This document shows positions 28,812-41,300 of a DNA stretch of 64,000 nt, piece after piece. Source of the DNA: Candidatus Hydrogenedentota bacterium (GTDB taxonomy: Bacteria; Hydrogenedentota; Hydrogenedentia; Hydrogenedentales; SLHB01); assembly GCA_963674865.2 (NCBI GenBank), contig CAXXYE010000009.1:864001-928000 (forward strand), read 5' to 3'. The notes under the pieces are model-generated. The model was not told the DNA's origin. It did not search any database and was given only the letters and a program-made list of their open reading frames with translations. The number at the start of each line of letters is the position of its first letter. Within the stretch, counting starts at the first letter, position 1. Made by a program: the position numbers and the translations under genes.

Positions 28812-30020
28812 ATGACGTTTCTTAGGAAGATACTGGATAGCCAGGCCCGGCACTTCGAGAAGGGCGGGCGATTCCATTTCCTTTACCCGATCTGGGAAGC
28901 GAACGATACGTTTCTATTCAGCACGGGGAGCGTCACGGAAGGGCCTTCCCACATCCGGGATGCCCTCGACTTGAAACGCATGATGATCACGGTGGTGATC
29001 GCGCTGTTTCCGTGCGTTCTCATGGCGTTCTACAACACAGGGCTGCAAGCCAATCTGGCCATCACCTACCACGGGGCGCAGCCGCTCGGCTGGCGGGGGA
29101 CATTGGTAGAGAGCCTCGGCGTGAGTTTCTCGCCGGATAGCCTGCTGGCGTGTCTAGCGCACGGAGCGGTGTTTTATCTGCCCGTTCTGGTGGTGACTTT
29201 TGTTGTGGGGGGCGCGTGGGAGGTCCTTTTCTCCCTCGTTCGCAAGCATGAGATTAACGAGGGCTTTTTGGTGACGGGGATGTTATTCCCCCTGATCATG
29301 CCGCCCACCATTCCTCTTTGGCAGGTGGCGCTTGGGATCACCTTCGGCGTGGTCATTGGGAAGGAGATCTTCGGCGGGACAGGGATGAATATCTGGAATC
29401 CGGCACTGATGGGCCGGGCCTTTCTCTTCTTCGCTTATCCGGCGAACTTCTCGCTGGACAGAATGTGGACGGCCGTGGACGGATACTCGAGTCCCACGTG
29501 GCTCGTGCGTATGGCCAATGAAGGCAAAGAGGTATTGACACACGACCTGGGTTGGTGGAACGCATTCCTCGGCTTCGAGACGGGCACGCTGGGCGAGACC
29601 TCGGCGCTGGCGTGTCTCATCGGCGCCGTGATCCTGATCGCCACCGGGATCGGCTCGTGGCGGATCATGCTTGGCGTATCCCTAGGGACCTTGGCTACGG
29701 CAACGCTGCTGAACGTCGTCGGTTCTCAGACGAACGCGGCCTTCGACGTGCCGTTCTGGTGGCACATGGCTGTCGGAGGCTGGGCTTTCGGCACGGTTTT
29801 CATGGCTACCGATCCTGTCAGCGCGCCCTACACAAACAAGGCGCGGTGGGCTTACGGCTTCCTGATCGGTGTATTGATCGTACTCGTCCGCGTGATCAAC
29901 CCGGCCTTCTCCGGCGGGGTGATGCTTGCGATCCTGCTCATGAACGCCTTCTCGCCGCTGCTCGACCATTTTGTCGTGAGAGCCAATATCAAACGGAGGC
30001 TTGCACGGCATGAGGCATAG
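28812..30020 (+). CDS. nqrB: Na+-NQR subunit B
   Basis: HIRDALDLKRMM, RKHEINEGFLVTG, KEIFGGTG.N.WNPAL, GETS, FMATDPVS. Confidence 0.96.
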   Translation: MTFLRKILDSQARHFEKGGRFHFLYPIWEANDTFLFSTGSVTEGPSHIRDALDLKRMMITVVIALFPCVLMAFYNTGLQANLAITYHGAQPLGWRGTLVESLGVSFSPDSLLACLAHGAVFYLPVLVVTFVVGGAWEVLFSLVRKHEINEGFLVTGMLFPLIMPPTIPLWQVALGITFGVVIGKEIFGGTGMNIWNPALMGRAFLFFAYPANFSLDRMWTAVDGYSSPTWLVRMANEGKEVLTHDLGWWNAFLGFETGTLGETSALACLIGAVILIATGIGSWRIMLGVSLGTLATATLLNVVGSQTNAAFDVPFWWHMAVGGWAFGTVFMATDPVSAPYTNKARWAYGFLIGVLIVLVRVINPAFSGGVMLAILLMNAFSPLLDHFVVRANIKRRLARHEA

Positions 30021-30759
30021 CACGTGGTACATCTTTGCCTTCGCCGCCGCAACCTGCCTGGTTTGCTCGATCCTCGTGTCCTCGTCGGCGGTTCTGCTGC
30101 GGCCGCTCCAGCACCGCAATGAAGTGCTGTTCAAGAGGAAGAACGTTCTTATGGCGGCGGGGCTCGCATCGCCTGATGAGTCCCTCTCGGCCGCGGAGGT
30201 GGAATCGAGATTCTCGGCGATCACGCCAACTGTTTTGGATATGCGTTCGGGGACACCGGCGGAAGGCGTCGACGCGGCAAACTTCGATGTCGCCGAGCAG
30301 CCTATGTTGCAGGTTCCGCCGAACAAGGCCAAGGTCGCCGGCCTTCCAGAGCAGAGTCTTGTCTATCAGGTAATGAAGGATGGCGACGTGGCGATGATCA
30401 TCTTGCCCGTGGAAGGCAAGGGGCTGTGGTCCACGCTCTACGGTTTTTTGGCGCTTGACGCGCAGACGTTCAAGATTCAGGGGCTCACGTTCTACCAACA
30501 CGGCGAGACGCCGGGCCTAGGCGGGGAAATCGACAATCCGGGCTGGAAGGCCCTGTGGCGGGGCAAGACGGCCTTCGACGAGGATATGAATCCCATCATC
30601 GAAGTCGTCAAGGGCAAGGCCGCCGAGCCCTACGAGGTGGACGGCCTCTCAGGCGCGACAATGACGAGCCGCGGCGTTAGCAACCTGGTGCGCTTCTGGC
30701 TCGGCGAGAACGGCTACGGGCCTTATCTGAAGACACTCGAGGCCGCGAGAAAAGGATAA
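30010..30759 (+). CDS. nqrC: Na+-NQR subunit C
   Basis: [21 protein letters not shown] site [11 protein letters not shown]. Confidence 0.96.
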   Translation: MRHSTWYIFAFAAATCLVCSILVSSSAVLLRPLQHRNEVLFKRKNVLMAAGLASPDESLSAAEVESRFSAITPTVLDMRSGTPAEGVDAANFDVAEQPMLQVPPNKAKVAGLPEQSLVYQVMKDGDVAMIILPVEGKGLWSTLYGFLALDAQTFKIQGLTFYQHGETPGLGGEIDNPGWKALWRGKTAFDEDMNPIIEVVKGKAAEPYEVDGLSGATMTSRGVSNLVRFWLGENGYGPYLKTLEAARKG

Positions 30760-31381
30760 TGGGCAAGCTCAAGAAAACACTCATCGAGCCGGTGTTCGAC
30801 AACAATCCCATCGGCCTGCAGATCCTCGGCGTTTGCTCGGCCTTGGCGGTGACGACCAAGCTCCAGACGGCGTTGACGATGAGCATTGCCCTCACCATTG
30901 TGACGGCGCTCTCGAGCTGCTTCATCAGCATGCTGCGGAACCGCACGCCGCAGAGCATTCGCATGATCATCCAGATGACGATCATCTCCTCGTTGGTGAT
31001 TGTCACCGATCAGGTGCTGAAGGCTTTTGTGCCGGATATCAGCCGCCAGTTGAGCGTGTTCGTCGGATTGATCATCACGAACTGCATCGTGCTGGGCCGG
31101 GCGGAAGGCTACGCGATGCAAAATCCGCCTTTGGCCAGCTTCGTCGACGGCATCGGCAACGGCCTCGGCTACAGCATGGTGCTCATGCTGGTTGCCTCCA
31201 TCCGTGAGTTGTTCGGATTGGGCTCGCTCTTCGGCTACCAGGTGCTGCCGCTTGCTTCCGAAGGCGGATGGTATCCGCAAAACGGCCTCATGGTGCTGTC
31301 TCCGGCGGCATTCTTCATCATTGGCCTGTCCATCTGGGCGCTGCGCACCTGGAAGACGGAACAGGTCGGGTCGGAGGATTG

Positions 31382-31382
<1 letters not shown>
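30759..31382 (+). CDS. nqrD: Na+-NQR subunit D
   Basis: [33 protein letters not shown]. Confidence 0.96.
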
Positions 31383-32005
<623 letters not shown>

Positions 32006-32023
32006 CGGAGGGGAAGGGCAAGC

Positions 32024-33250
32024 ATGGAGATCGTCTTACTCGGCGTGGTGATGTTCACGCTGATTATTCTCGCGCTTGTCTCGCTCCTTGTCATTGCCAA
32101 GGCCAGGCTGGTGGCTCAAGGGGACGTCACGATCGCCATCAACGACGATCCCGAGAAGAGCCTTACCGTTGCGACAGGCAATACGCTGCTGAGCACCCTC
32201 GCCGAGAACAAGATCTTCATCCCGTCCGCCTGCGGCGGCAAAGGAACATGCGGCGTGTGCCGTGTCAAGGTAACGGAGGGGGGCGGCGCCTTGTTGGCCA
32301 CGGAGACGGGCCATATCCGGCGCGGTGAGGCGCGCGAAGGCTACCGGCTCTCCTGCCAGGTGAAGGTGAAAGAGAATCTCAAGATCGAAGTCCCGGCGGA
32401 GATCTTCGATATCCGCGAGTGGCGGTGCAAGGTGCGCTCCAATCGCTGCGTAGCAACCTTCATCAAGGAGCTTGTGCTCGAACTGCCGGAAGGTGAGGAA
32501 GTGCCCTTCCGTGCGGGCGGCTATGTGCAGATCACCTGCCCGCCGCACAGCGTCGACTTCGAGGATTTCGAGATCGACGAGGAATTCAAGCCGGATTGGG
32601 ATAAACACAACCTTTGGCGCTACTCATCGACGTGTGATGAGCCCGTCCAGCGGGCCTATTCGATGGCCAATTATCCCCTGGAGAAGGACATCATCATGCT
32701 CAACGTCCGGATCGCGCTGCCCCCGGCCGACCGGACAAACGCCCCTCCGGGCATCATGTCGTCGTGGATATACGGCCTACAGCCCAGCGACGAAGTGACT
32801 ATTTCCGGGCCTTACGGGGAGTTCTTCGCCAAAGAGACGGATGCGGAGATGGTGTTCATCGGCGGCGGCGCCGGGATGGCGCCGATGCGCTCCCACATTT
32901 TCGATCAGTTCACGCGCCTCGATACAAAGCGGAAGGTAAGCTTCTGGTACGGCGCACGAAGCCGCCGCGAACTCTTCTATGTGGAAGACTTCGACAAGAT
33001 CCAGGCGGAGCACGACAACTTCACGTGGCATATCGCCCTGTCGGAACCGCTTCCGGACGACAATTGGGACGGATATACCGGATTCATTCACCAGGTGGTG
33101 CTCGACAATTACCTGAATGACCACCCCGCCCCGGAGGACGTCGAGTACTACCTTTGCGGCCCGCCCGTGATGAACGCGGCCGTGATCAACATGCTCACGG
33201 CCCTGGGCGTCGAATCCGAGAACATCTCCCTCGACGACTTCGGCGGGTGA
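32024..33250 (+). CDS. nqrF: Na+-NQR subunit F
   Basis: [49 protein letters not shown]. Confidence 0.97.
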   Translation: MEIVLLGVVMFTLIILALVSLLVIAKARLVAQGDVTIAINDDPEKSLTVATGNTLLSTLAENKIFIPSACGGKGTCGVCRVKVTEGGGALLATETGHIRRGEAREGYRLSCQVKVKENLKIEVPAEIFDIREWRCKVRSNRCVATFIKELVLELPEGEEVPFRAGGYVQITCPPHSVDFEDFEIDEEFKPDWDKHNLWRYSSTCDEPVQRAYSMANYPLEKDIIMLNVRIALPPADRTNAPPGIMSSWIYGLQPSDEVTISGPYGEFFAKETDAEMVFIGGGAGMAPMRSHIFDQFTRLDTKRKVSFWYGARSRRELFYVEDFDKIQAEHDNFTWHIALSEPLPDDNWDGYTGFIHQVVLDNYLNDHPAPEDVEYYLCGPPVMNAAVINMLTALGVESENISLDDFGG

Positions 33251-34335
33251 GCCGCGTGTTCGGCCCAGTCCCATCGCGCCGCCGCTTCGGGCGGCTCCTT
33301 CCTCCCATGTACATAGCCTTCGCCGCGTGTGTTGTCATCTTTGCGGCACCGGGCTGCTGCGGGCCGTCGGAGCGTGTATTCGCCGGCGCTACCATGGGCA
33401 CCACCTACACCGTCAAGGTGGTAGCGCGGGGGGCGGATTCCGGCGTGGGTGCAGCCGAACATGAGGGCGCGGCAATCACCGGGCAGCTCGACCTCGTCAA
33501 CAGGCTCATGTCTACGTGGTCGCCCGACTCCGAACTCTCTCGGCTCAATCAGCATACCGAGCCGACGCCGCTCAAGGTTTCGAAGGAGACATTCGAGGTC
33601 CTGCGGATGGCGCAGCAGGTTAGCGAGGCATCGGGCGGGGCCTTCGATGTCACGGTGGGGCCGCTCGTGAATGCCTGGGGCTTCGGCCCCGAACACGATT
33701 ATCCCGAGGGGCCGCCGGATGACGAATTGGCACAGCTCAGAGAGCGGGTCGGCTACCACATGCTCGAACTCGATGAGGCGGCGCTGACGGTGCGCAAGGC
33801 GCGGCCGGATGTGTACTGTGATCTCGCCGCCATCGCCAAAGGCTACGCGGTGGATCGTGTGGCGGCGGCGCTCGACGCGTTGGGATGCACGGATTACATG
33901 GTGGAGGTCGGCGGCGAGGTCAAGGCGCGCGGCCGGAATGGGCGCGGCGTGCCGTGGCAGATCGGCATCGAGAAGCCCGATTCCGCGCAGCGCGCCGTGA
34001 TGAAGCCCATACCTCTGGAAAACCTCGCCGTCGCGACCTCGGGGGACTACCGCAACTACTACGAGAAAGACGGCGTACGCCTTAGTCATACGATTGATCC
34101 GCGCACGGGGCGTCCCATCGCGCATAGATTGGCCTCGGTGAGTGTTATTCACGAAGCGTGCGCCATGGCCGATGCGTACGCCACGGCCCTGATGGTACTG
34201 GGGCCGGACGCCGGCTACGAATGGGCGTGCAAGGAGCACTTGGCCGCCATGTTCATCGTACGAGAGGAATCCGGCGGTTTCGCCGACAGGGAGACGCCGG
34301 AGTTCAGCGCCATCACGGAGGGCGCCGCAGAATGA
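33247..34335 (+). CDS. apbE: FAD:protein FMN transferase (lipoprotein)
   Basis: [59 protein letters not shown]; start 33247 or 33307. Confidence 0.95.
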   Translation: MSRVFGPVPSRRRFGRLLPPMYIAFAACVVIFAAPGCCGPSERVFAGATMGTTYTVKVVARGADSGVGAAEHEGAAITGQLDLVNRLMSTWSPDSELSRLNQHTEPTPLKVSKETFEVLRMAQQVSEASGGAFDVTVGPLVNAWGFGPEHDYPEGPPDDELAQLRERVGYHMLELDEAALTVRKARPDVYCDLAAIAKGYAVDRVAAALDALGCTDYMVEVGGEVKARGRNGRGVPWQIGIEKPDSAQRAVMKPIPLENLAVATSGDYRNYYEKDGVRLSHTIDPRTGRPIAHRLASVSVIHEACAMADAYATALMVLGPDAGYEWACKEHLAAMFIVREESGGFADRETPEFSAITEGAAE

Positions 34336-34517
34336 AGATCCTGATCATCATTCTTGCTTCCGCTGGCTTCTTCGCCGTAGCCATGGCGTTCTTGGCCATC
34401 GGCGTCATCATCCGAGGCCGCCCCATTCAACACACCTGCGGCGCATCGAAGGGCGCAGCCGACGGCGACAGGTGCGCCACCTGCTCTTGCAGCGGCGACG
34501 ACGGCCGGCCATCTTAA
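34332..34517 (+). CDS. nqrM: Na+-NQR maturation protein NqrM-like
   Basis: 61 aa, one TM (AMAFLAIGVI) then RPIQHTCG..CATCSC; directly after apbE. Confidence 0.75.
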   Translation: MKILIIILASAGFFAVAMAFLAIGVIIRGRPIQHTCGASKGAADGDRCATCSCSGDDGRPS

Positions 34518-34580
34518 GCAGTACGCCAGTCACGGCGGCAATGAAGGTTCCTGAGTACTCACCCATCTCCATCGCCTGTG

Positions 34581-34904
34581 CTACTCCTTGAAGAAGTCTT
34601 CCAGGCGGAGGAAGACTTCATGATCGGCCGCGTGGCGTCGCACCGAGTTGACGTCCTCCAGTTTCTGCATCTGCTTCATCATCTGTTCGAGCCGCTCGCT
34701 CTCGTTGACGAGCAGCCATATTCGGCTGTGGGCGCCGTCGCCGACGGGCATGCACAGGATGCCCTCGACGTTGAACGCGCGGCGCGAGAACAGGCCGCAC
34801 ACGTGGGACATGACGCCGGGATGGTTGTTAACCGTCAACTCGAGCACGGCCCGGCGCGCCTCGACGGCGGTGGCGCTTGTCACATCAAGCGTTTGCGTAG
34901 GCAT
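34581..34904 (-). CDS. ilvN: Acetolactate synthase small subunit (ACT-only, IlvN type)
   Basis: [34 protein letters not shown]. Confidence 0.93.
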   Translation of the reverse strand: MPTQTLDVTSATAVEARRAVLELTVNNHPGVMSHVCGLFSRRAFNVEGILCMPVGDGAHSRIWLLVNESERLEQMMKQMQKLEDVNSVRRHAADHEVFLRLEDFFKE

Positions 34905-36573
34905 GGGCTTCTCCTCCGATCATGTCTTTGTTGGCGGCGCCGGGGGGCACCATGGGATAGGCTTTCTCGTTCACGTCGATGGGGACGTTGATCAGACATG
35001 GCCCCGGTTCGGCGAAGGCTTCCGCCAAGGCGGCCCCCGGCTCATCGGCCATAGCCAAATCGCGGGCTTTCATGCCGAATCCCTCCGCGATGCGGGCGAA
35101 ATCGACGCGGTGACTGAAATCGACTGCAAAGAGGCGCTTTCCGTAAAACAATTCCTGCTGCTGGCGCACCAGGCCCAGGGAGTTGTTGTTCATCAGGATG
35201 ATCTTGACGTTGACGCCCTCCTCGACGGCGGTGGCGAGTTCCTGGATGTTCATCAGCAGGCTTCCATCGCCGCTGAAGCAGACGACGGTGCGCTCAGGCC
35301 GCGCCAGGGCGGCGCCGATGGCCGCGGGCAGGCCGAAGCCCATCGTTCCGAGTCCACCGGAGGTAAGCCATTGGCGCGGCCGCCGGAACGGGTAAAGCTG
35401 GGCCGTCCACATCTGGTGCTGGCCGACGTCGGTGCTGATGAGGGCGTCGTCGCCCGCCAGCTCGGCAACGAGGCGGATGAGGCCATAGGCGCTGCCCGGA
35501 TCGTCCACGCCCGGCGTGTCCAGCGGATGCTCCTGCTTCAACTTCTCCACGGCGGCAAGCCATTCGCTGCGCGGATTCTCCTCGATCAGGGGCAGCAGGG
35601 CCGTCAGGACCTCGGCGACGTCGCCAACGACCCCGGCGTGGGCGGCCTTGATCTTGTCAATCTCGGCGGCGTCAATATCGACGTGGACAATCCGCGCGTC
35701 GGGGCAGAATGCGGCGACTTTGCCGGTGGCGCGATCATCGAATCGCGCCCCCACGGCAATGAGCAAGTCGCATGCTTCGAGCGCCAGATTGGTGTGCCGA
35801 GCCGCGTGCATGCCCAACATGCCAATGGAACGAGGATGATCGAAGGGGATAGCGCCGAGCGCCATGAGGGTGGCCGTCGTCGGCAGGGATGCCTTCTCCG
35901 CCAGGCGCGTGGCAAGTCCCCCTGCGTTGGCGGCGATCACCCCGCCGCCGAGATACAGGATCGGGCGCTTGGCGGTGTTGATGAGCGCTGCTGCGCGTGT
36001 GATCTCGCCGGCGTCAAGTTCGGGTGGAGCATCGGCTCGGCCGGCCTCGGGCCACGTGTCGAACTCGACGGCCTCCCGCTGCACATCCTTCGGCACGTCG
36101 ATGAGCACGGGGCCGGGGCGGCCGGAGGCGGCGATGCGGAACGCGTCAGGCACGACGTCGAGCAGTTCCCTTGCCGAACGCACGAGGAAGTTGTGCTTCG
36201 TGACGGGGATGCTCATGCCGTAGGTATCGACCTCCTGGAAGGCGTCGGTGCCGATGACCGGACACGGCACTTGTCCCGTGATGCACACGATGGGAACCGA
36301 ATCGAGCTTCGCGTCGGCGATGGCGGTGAGCAGGTTCGTGGCGCCTGGGCCGGAGGTGGCGAAGCACACGCCGGGCCGGCCGGTGACGCGCGCCATGCCC
36401 TGGGCCATGAATCCCGCGCCCTGTTCGTGGCGGGCGAGGACGTGGTGTATCCTGCCGCTTTTTCCCAAGGCGTCGTAGAGCGGCAGATTCGCCCCGCCCG
36501 GAATGCCCGCAATCGCGCGGACGCCCTGGCGTTCGAGAAGCTGAATGATGATCTCTGCGCCGGTTGCTTTCAT
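34885..36573 (-). CDS. ilvB: Acetolactate synthase large subunit
   Basis: [63 protein letters not shown]. Confidence 0.96.
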   Translation of the reverse strand: MKATGAEIIIQLLERQGVRAIAGIPGGANLPLYDALGKSGRIHHVLARHEQGAGFMAQGMARVTGRPGVCFATSGPGATNLLTAIADAKLDSVPIVCITGQVPCPVIGTDAFQEVDTYGMSIPVTKHNFLVRSARELLDVVPDAFRIAASGRPGPVLIDVPKDVQREAVEFDTWPEAGRADAPPELDAGEITRAAALINTAKRPILYLGGGVIAANAGGLATRLAEKASLPTTATLMALGAIPFDHPRSIGMLGMHAARHTNLALEACDLLIAVGARFDDRATGKVAAFCPDARIVHVDIDAAEIDKIKAAHAGVVGDVAEVLTALLPLIEENPRSEWLAAVEKLKQEHPLDTPGVDDPGSAYGLIRLVAELAGDDALISTDVGQHQMWTAQLYPFRRPRQWLTSGGLGTMGFGLPAAIGAALARPERTVVCFSGDGSLLMNIQELATAVEEGVNVKIILMNNNSLGLVRQQQELFYGKRLFAVDFSHRVDFARIAEGFGMKARDLAMADEPGAALAEAFAEPGPCLINVPIDVNEKAYPMVPPGAANKDMIGGEAHAYANA

Positions 36574-36630
36574 GATGGCTCCTTCTCCCTTGTTGTGCCC
36601 CGCGGCGTCGGATGCGGCCGGCGGAGACAC

Positions 36631-36670
36631 AAAAAAGAACCCCCGCCGGCTGCCTGCGCCGGCGGGGGTG
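36631..36670 (-). terminator. Attenuator terminator of ilvBN
   Basis: Minus strand ACCCCCGCCGGC-loop-GCCGGCGGGGGT followed by TCTTTTTT, 57 nt before the ilvB start. Confidence 0.9.
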
Positions 36671-36699
36671 AAATCGCTGTTTGAGTTGTTAGGCTCCCG

Positions 36700-36801
36700 C
36701 TAAGGCGCGACGGCGTCTACGACGCATACCACTACCTCTACGCCTACCAGCGGGAGCCGGGCGTCCGAGAACGTGTGTGCGGTATAGCTGTCGCGCTTCA
36801 T
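36700..36801 (-). CDS. Val/Leu-rich ilvBN leader peptide (33 aa)
   Basis: MKRDSYTAHTFSDARLPLVGVEVVVCVVDAVAP, between the promoter and the terminator. Confidence 0.85.
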   Translation of the reverse strand: MKRDSYTAHTFSDARLPLVGVEVVVCVVDAVAP

Positions 36802-36840
36802 CAGAGTACCTTGTGTGGAACCTTGTCCAATCGTGGCCAA

Positions 36841-36869
36841 ATGGTACCAGCGCCCAGCGCGGTTGTCAA
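36841..36869 (-). promoter_or_regulatory. ilv leader promoter
   Basis: Minus strand TTGACA-N17-TACCAT with TGn extension. Confidence 0.8.
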
Positions 36870-36964
36870 GGGCAATTCGGAATTGTGCGGCTTTATCGTG
36901 TAAAATAGGAATACTTGGACGATCTGCGGTAACAACCTGAAATACTTGAAGGAGAATTCTGCCA

Positions 36965-38191
36965 ATGGGGCAACAGCCCGTGGTCATGATAAGTTCCTAT
37001 CCTCCCCGCCTGTGCGGCATCGGTACCTTCTGCGAGGAAGCGCGGGAGTTTGTTCAGCGCACCGTGCCCGATCGGCCCGTTGTGGTCATTTCCCACACGG
37101 ACGGCGATGGCGACGGCGTCTTTCCCATCATGGATTTGTCAAAGCGGCGATGGTGGAAGCCGGTGGCCGACAAGGTCGCGGAACTTAATCCCTACGCAGT
37201 ACACATCCAGCACGAGTACGGCCTTTATCAGCATGTCGATGAACGCGGGCAGACGGATAATAACGAGGGCTTTCTGGATCTGCTGGATGCCATCGCCGAC
37301 TATCCCGTCATCGTCGAGCCCCATACCGTTCATGGCCGCCTGACGGATTTCGAAGCCGACTTCGTCTATCAGGTGTCGAGCCGGTGCGATGTCCTGCTCC
37401 TCAAGTGCCATTACCAGAAATGGCGGCTCGATTGGACGTTTCCCCAGCGCGGCTGGGCCACGCCCAAGAATGTCATGGTGGTTCCCCACGGCGCCCGGCC
37501 CGATCGGCGCTACTCGCTGGCCGACGTCAAGGAACTGCGGCACGAACTCGGCCTCGACAACCGTGGCCTTGGCGAGCATCTCGTTGGGCTCATCGGATGG
37601 ATCCAGTCCAACAAGCGCTGGGATATCCTCACTTCCATGTGGGAGGACATCGCCGCCGAGATCGCCGATCGCACCGGGCAGGACTGGGATCTCCTCGCGG
37701 CGGGCGCCATGCGCGATCCCAATCACAAGCAGGACTACGAGGAGTGGAAGGGCCAAGTCCAGTTCCTCGAGCAGAAAGGACTTGCCCACTACTACGAATT
37801 CATTCCGCGCGGCGATATCTACTATAAGATGATGGCCGTTTGCGACTTCATTGTGCTCCCCAGCATCGATGAAACGCAATCAGGCACTCTCGCGAGAATC
37901 ATCGCGCTCAACAAGCCCTACATCACGACGGCGCCCATGGAAGGACTTACGGCGCAAACCATCGAGAGCGAGGGAGGCCTTCTTTTCACCACCAAGAAGC
38001 GCCTTCGGCGCCACGTTGTCTCCTTGGCATGTGACGAGCGGCTCCGCCTCCAGCTTGGTGAGAATCTCAAGCACTACCTCGACAACGAAGTCTCGTGGGA
38101 CATCGTCGCGCGCCAGTATCTCGACGCCTACGACCTCGCCCGCCGGGCCAAGGCCGCGGGGTCGCGGGTCGAACTCGAGCCGGAGCTGTAA
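36965..38191 (+). CDS. Glycosyltransferase family 4
   Basis: SSYPPRLCGIGTF, HIQHEYGLY, VVPHG, GWIQSNK, CDFIVLP..QSGTLA. Confidence 0.85.
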   Translation: MGQQPVVMISSYPPRLCGIGTFCEEAREFVQRTVPDRPVVVISHTDGDGDGVFPIMDLSKRRWWKPVADKVAELNPYAVHIQHEYGLYQHVDERGQTDNNEGFLDLLDAIADYPVIVEPHTVHGRLTDFEADFVYQVSSRCDVLLLKCHYQKWRLDWTFPQRGWATPKNVMVVPHGARPDRRYSLADVKELRHELGLDNRGLGEHLVGLIGWIQSNKRWDILTSMWEDIAAEIADRTGQDWDLLAAGAMRDPNHKQDYEEWKGQVQFLEQKGLAHYYEFIPRGDIYYKMMAVCDFIVLPSIDETQSGTLARIIALNKPYITTAPMEGLTAQTIESEGGLLFTTKKRLRRHVVSLACDERLRLQLGENLKHYLDNEVSWDIVARQYLDAYDLARRAKAAGSRVELEPEL

Positions 38192-38226
38192 GGCATTTAC
38201 GCCCCTGGAGGGTACCGATAGCACTG

Positions 38227-38275
38227 AAAAAAACGAGGGCCGGTGACAAATAATTGTCACCGGCCCTCGCTGTTT
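38227..38275. terminator. Bidirectional intrinsic terminator
   Basis: 16-bp perfect stem CGAGGGCCGGTGACAA/TTGTCACCGGCCCTCG, A7 on the left and CTGTTT on the right, between convergent genes. Confidence 0.88.
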
Positions 38276-38308
38276 GGCGTTCTTTGGCCTACGCGTCAGG
38301 CGGCGTGG

Positions 38309-41300
38309 TTATTCGTCCCATCGGCCGCAAAGGCCCATCACGCGGAAGCCCAGGTTCGGCCACGTCGTCTCCGGGGGCTCCGAAGTCCGGTAAGCCGTGC
38401 GCTGATAGTATTGCCCTTCGGCGTAGCTGCCGCCACGTATTACCTTCTCGTCGTACGTGAAGTCTCCTTTGGCACTGCCGTTGAGGTAATACGGGTCGTA
38501 GTCATCGCCGTAGAGCGTCGCCGGGCTGCTTGTCCACTCCCACACGTTGCCGCTCATGTCGAAACAGCCGTGCGGACTCATACTGAACACCGTCCCGGCG
38601 TTGAGGCCGTCGTAGTACCCGACGGGCGTCGTGAGCGGCTCGGCGGAGAGTCCAAGCGGGTTACTGAGGTTGTAGTTGCACCGCGTCGCGTCAATGTCGT
38701 CCGCGGTGAAACCGTAGATCCAGTGCTTGCCGGAAGGCGACGTTGCTTTTTGTGGGATTTCCGCCCACGCCGCGAAGTACTCCCATTCGGGCTCATACGC
38801 CACCCAGTAGCCATCCAATGAAGACGAGGTGGCCTTCGGGAAAGCGTCGAATGCGGCTCCCGACTTCGCCAGGGAGTAGAATGAGCCCAATCCGCACTTC
38901 TCGCTGTAGCAGTTGCAGAATGCGATCGCGCCGTACCAGCTCACTTCAACAACCGGATGTTCATCCAGCGATACGCCGTCGCGATCTACCACTACGAAAC
39001 CACCGCCCTCCGCGTCGTATTCGATGTCGCAGTATTCGATCTCATCCAAGTGATCGACGATTTGGAGCAGCAGCCTGTCGTTGAAGTACACGTCCCCACC
39101 TGCATACGCCGCCTTTTCGGCGGATTCGGGACGGAGGTAGTTCATATACAGCGCGTAGTTCAAAACGGAGGCATACTGGGCGTTCGTGACCTCATAGACT
39201 CCCATCGCCGGCGGGCTGTAATTCGCGAAGTACAGGTACTGATCCTGGGGTGCCACGCTGAAGACCTCGATAGCCGAGATCTTGGGATTTTCCTCATTCG
39301 CGGCGAACATGATGTCGAGCGTCGGCGTCTGGGCCGAGGTCAGATCTACCGCGAACTCCTTCACCGCGGCCACGCCGAACCCAACATCCGCCACAATGTC
39401 GTAATCGTCCAGCACAAGCGTGTCCTCGATGTAGACATCGAATGAACGCGGATTCTGCGCCGTGATCGAATCGTAGATTTCCGCGAAGTGGAGCCGGACT
39501 ACATACGCGCCTTCGGAGGCGGGGAACGAATAGCCACCCAGAGTCGCGGGGACTTGCTTTGGAGTCGCTGCCGTCCAGTAGCGCTCCGTCTGGAAGAGCG
39601 TTGGATCATCCGTCCCGGTGATGGGCTGCGTGAAGTCCTCGTACGTGGACCCGGCGGCGTAGTAGTCGTCCGTCGCCCACACGCGGCCCTCGGCGTCCGT
39701 GTACGCATCATCCATTTCACCGCAGTTAATGCGGTACTGCACGAATAGCCCCCGGGCCTCCGGCGCATCATCGGGAATCTCGTAGGCGAGAATCTCGTCG
39801 TCCGTCGGCCCCATGGTGAAGTAGGGGTAGCCAAAAGAACAGTACATTTCGACGTCCGGCGCTACCGTTACCGTCACGGTGTCCGGCGCGCTCTGCTGCT
39901 TTGTCGCAACTCCGTCATCCACCACGAGTTGCAGCACGTAGTCGCCCATCATGTCCGGATAGAACGCGGGCGCGGGCAAGGTCGTGGCATCCGCTTCCTT
40001 GGCCTGAGCCGCCGTCGGATCGAACAGGCTCGAATCCGTCACGGCGCTGCCGTCGGGCACCGATGTGAACGTCCACAGATACGTCAGTGTGTCGCAGTCC
40101 AGATCGTAGGAGTCGTCGCCGTTCAACTGCACGTAGTCCCAATCGGGCGTCGGCGGAGCCACCTTATTCGGCACGACGCTCGGCACAAGGTGAATCTGGT
40201 CGGGGCCCGCATCCGCCACGGGGGCGCCATTGCCGTATGTGATAGCGACCTCGTCCGCTACGCTGTAGTCTTCACCGTCGAAGACAATCAACTGGACAAC
40301 GTATTCGCCCTGGAGGTCCGGCGTAAACGTCGGATCCACGGCGGTTGCGTCGGAAAGGCTCGAATCGTCCACGGCGCTGTCTTGCGGCACCGACACGAAT
40401 GTCCACGCGTACGTCAGCGGGTCCGAGTCGGGATCGTACGACCCGCTCCCGTCAAGCTGGACTTCCGTGCCCGCGCGACGGCACCGGTACTTGAAGGCAA
40501 GCCCTTTGGAGGTGTGATAGTCGGAGGTCGAGTAGACGTAAATCACCTCATAGGTGTCGGGGTCGGACGCCTGCTTCACGGCAACTTGTCCATCGCCTGC
40601 TTTGATGACGGCGCCGACGGTGAACGCCCCCGTTGTCTCGTTGTTATACTCATTGTTCTCATCGACGTCTTCATTCACATCCGCTGTCGCGCTGTAGCCA
40701 TAGCTTCCCGCGGGCAGCGTCTCAAAGCGCTGCAGGGTCTCGCTCGCGCCGGCTGCCAGGCCGGTATACGCCTGAATAAGGCCAAACGTCTCCCCGCCTA
40801 TCTTGAACTCGACGTCGAACGGGCCCGCGTCGACGCTTCCCCAATTTGACACGACCGCCGTGAAGGTGATCTCGTCCTGGTCGGACGGGGAGGTCGGGTC
40901 GATACTCAGATCGGAGATAACCAAATCGGGCGTCGGCGGGCCAACGGCGTAGATCATACTGCAGGTATCCGCGAGAATGAAGCGGCCGTTCTCCCTGTCA
41001 TACGTCAAGGCCGAGGGGTTGCACTCCATCCAATCCTGCGGTACCGAATGCGTCGTCAGCACGGGCGGGTCTACAAACAGCAGCGACTCGAAGAGGATCA
41101 CATCGCTCGGCTGTTTGTAGTAGGCGCGGCTCGATGCGTGATACATCTCGTCATCATCGAAGTTGAAGGCCAGGCACTGGCCGTCTCTGTCGAGGGAGTT
41201 CGTGAACTGGTACCAGAAGGTCGCCGTTGCATCATCCTGGCTCAGGTGGTACAGGCTGTCCGGCCACTCATTCTCCTGGCTGCTTCCCGTCACCCCGAAC

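Noticed and set aside
34648..36684. Long antisense ORFs (678 aa here; also 6742-8013, 19243-20517, 48441-49865)
   Set aside because: Shadows of well-supported genes on the opposite strand in high-GC DNA; no motifs
38309..38460. C-terminal FGE-sulfatase domain as a diversity-generating retroelement target
   Set aside because: No reverse transcriptase and no second copy differing at adenines seen in this window; a remote DGR cannot be excluded
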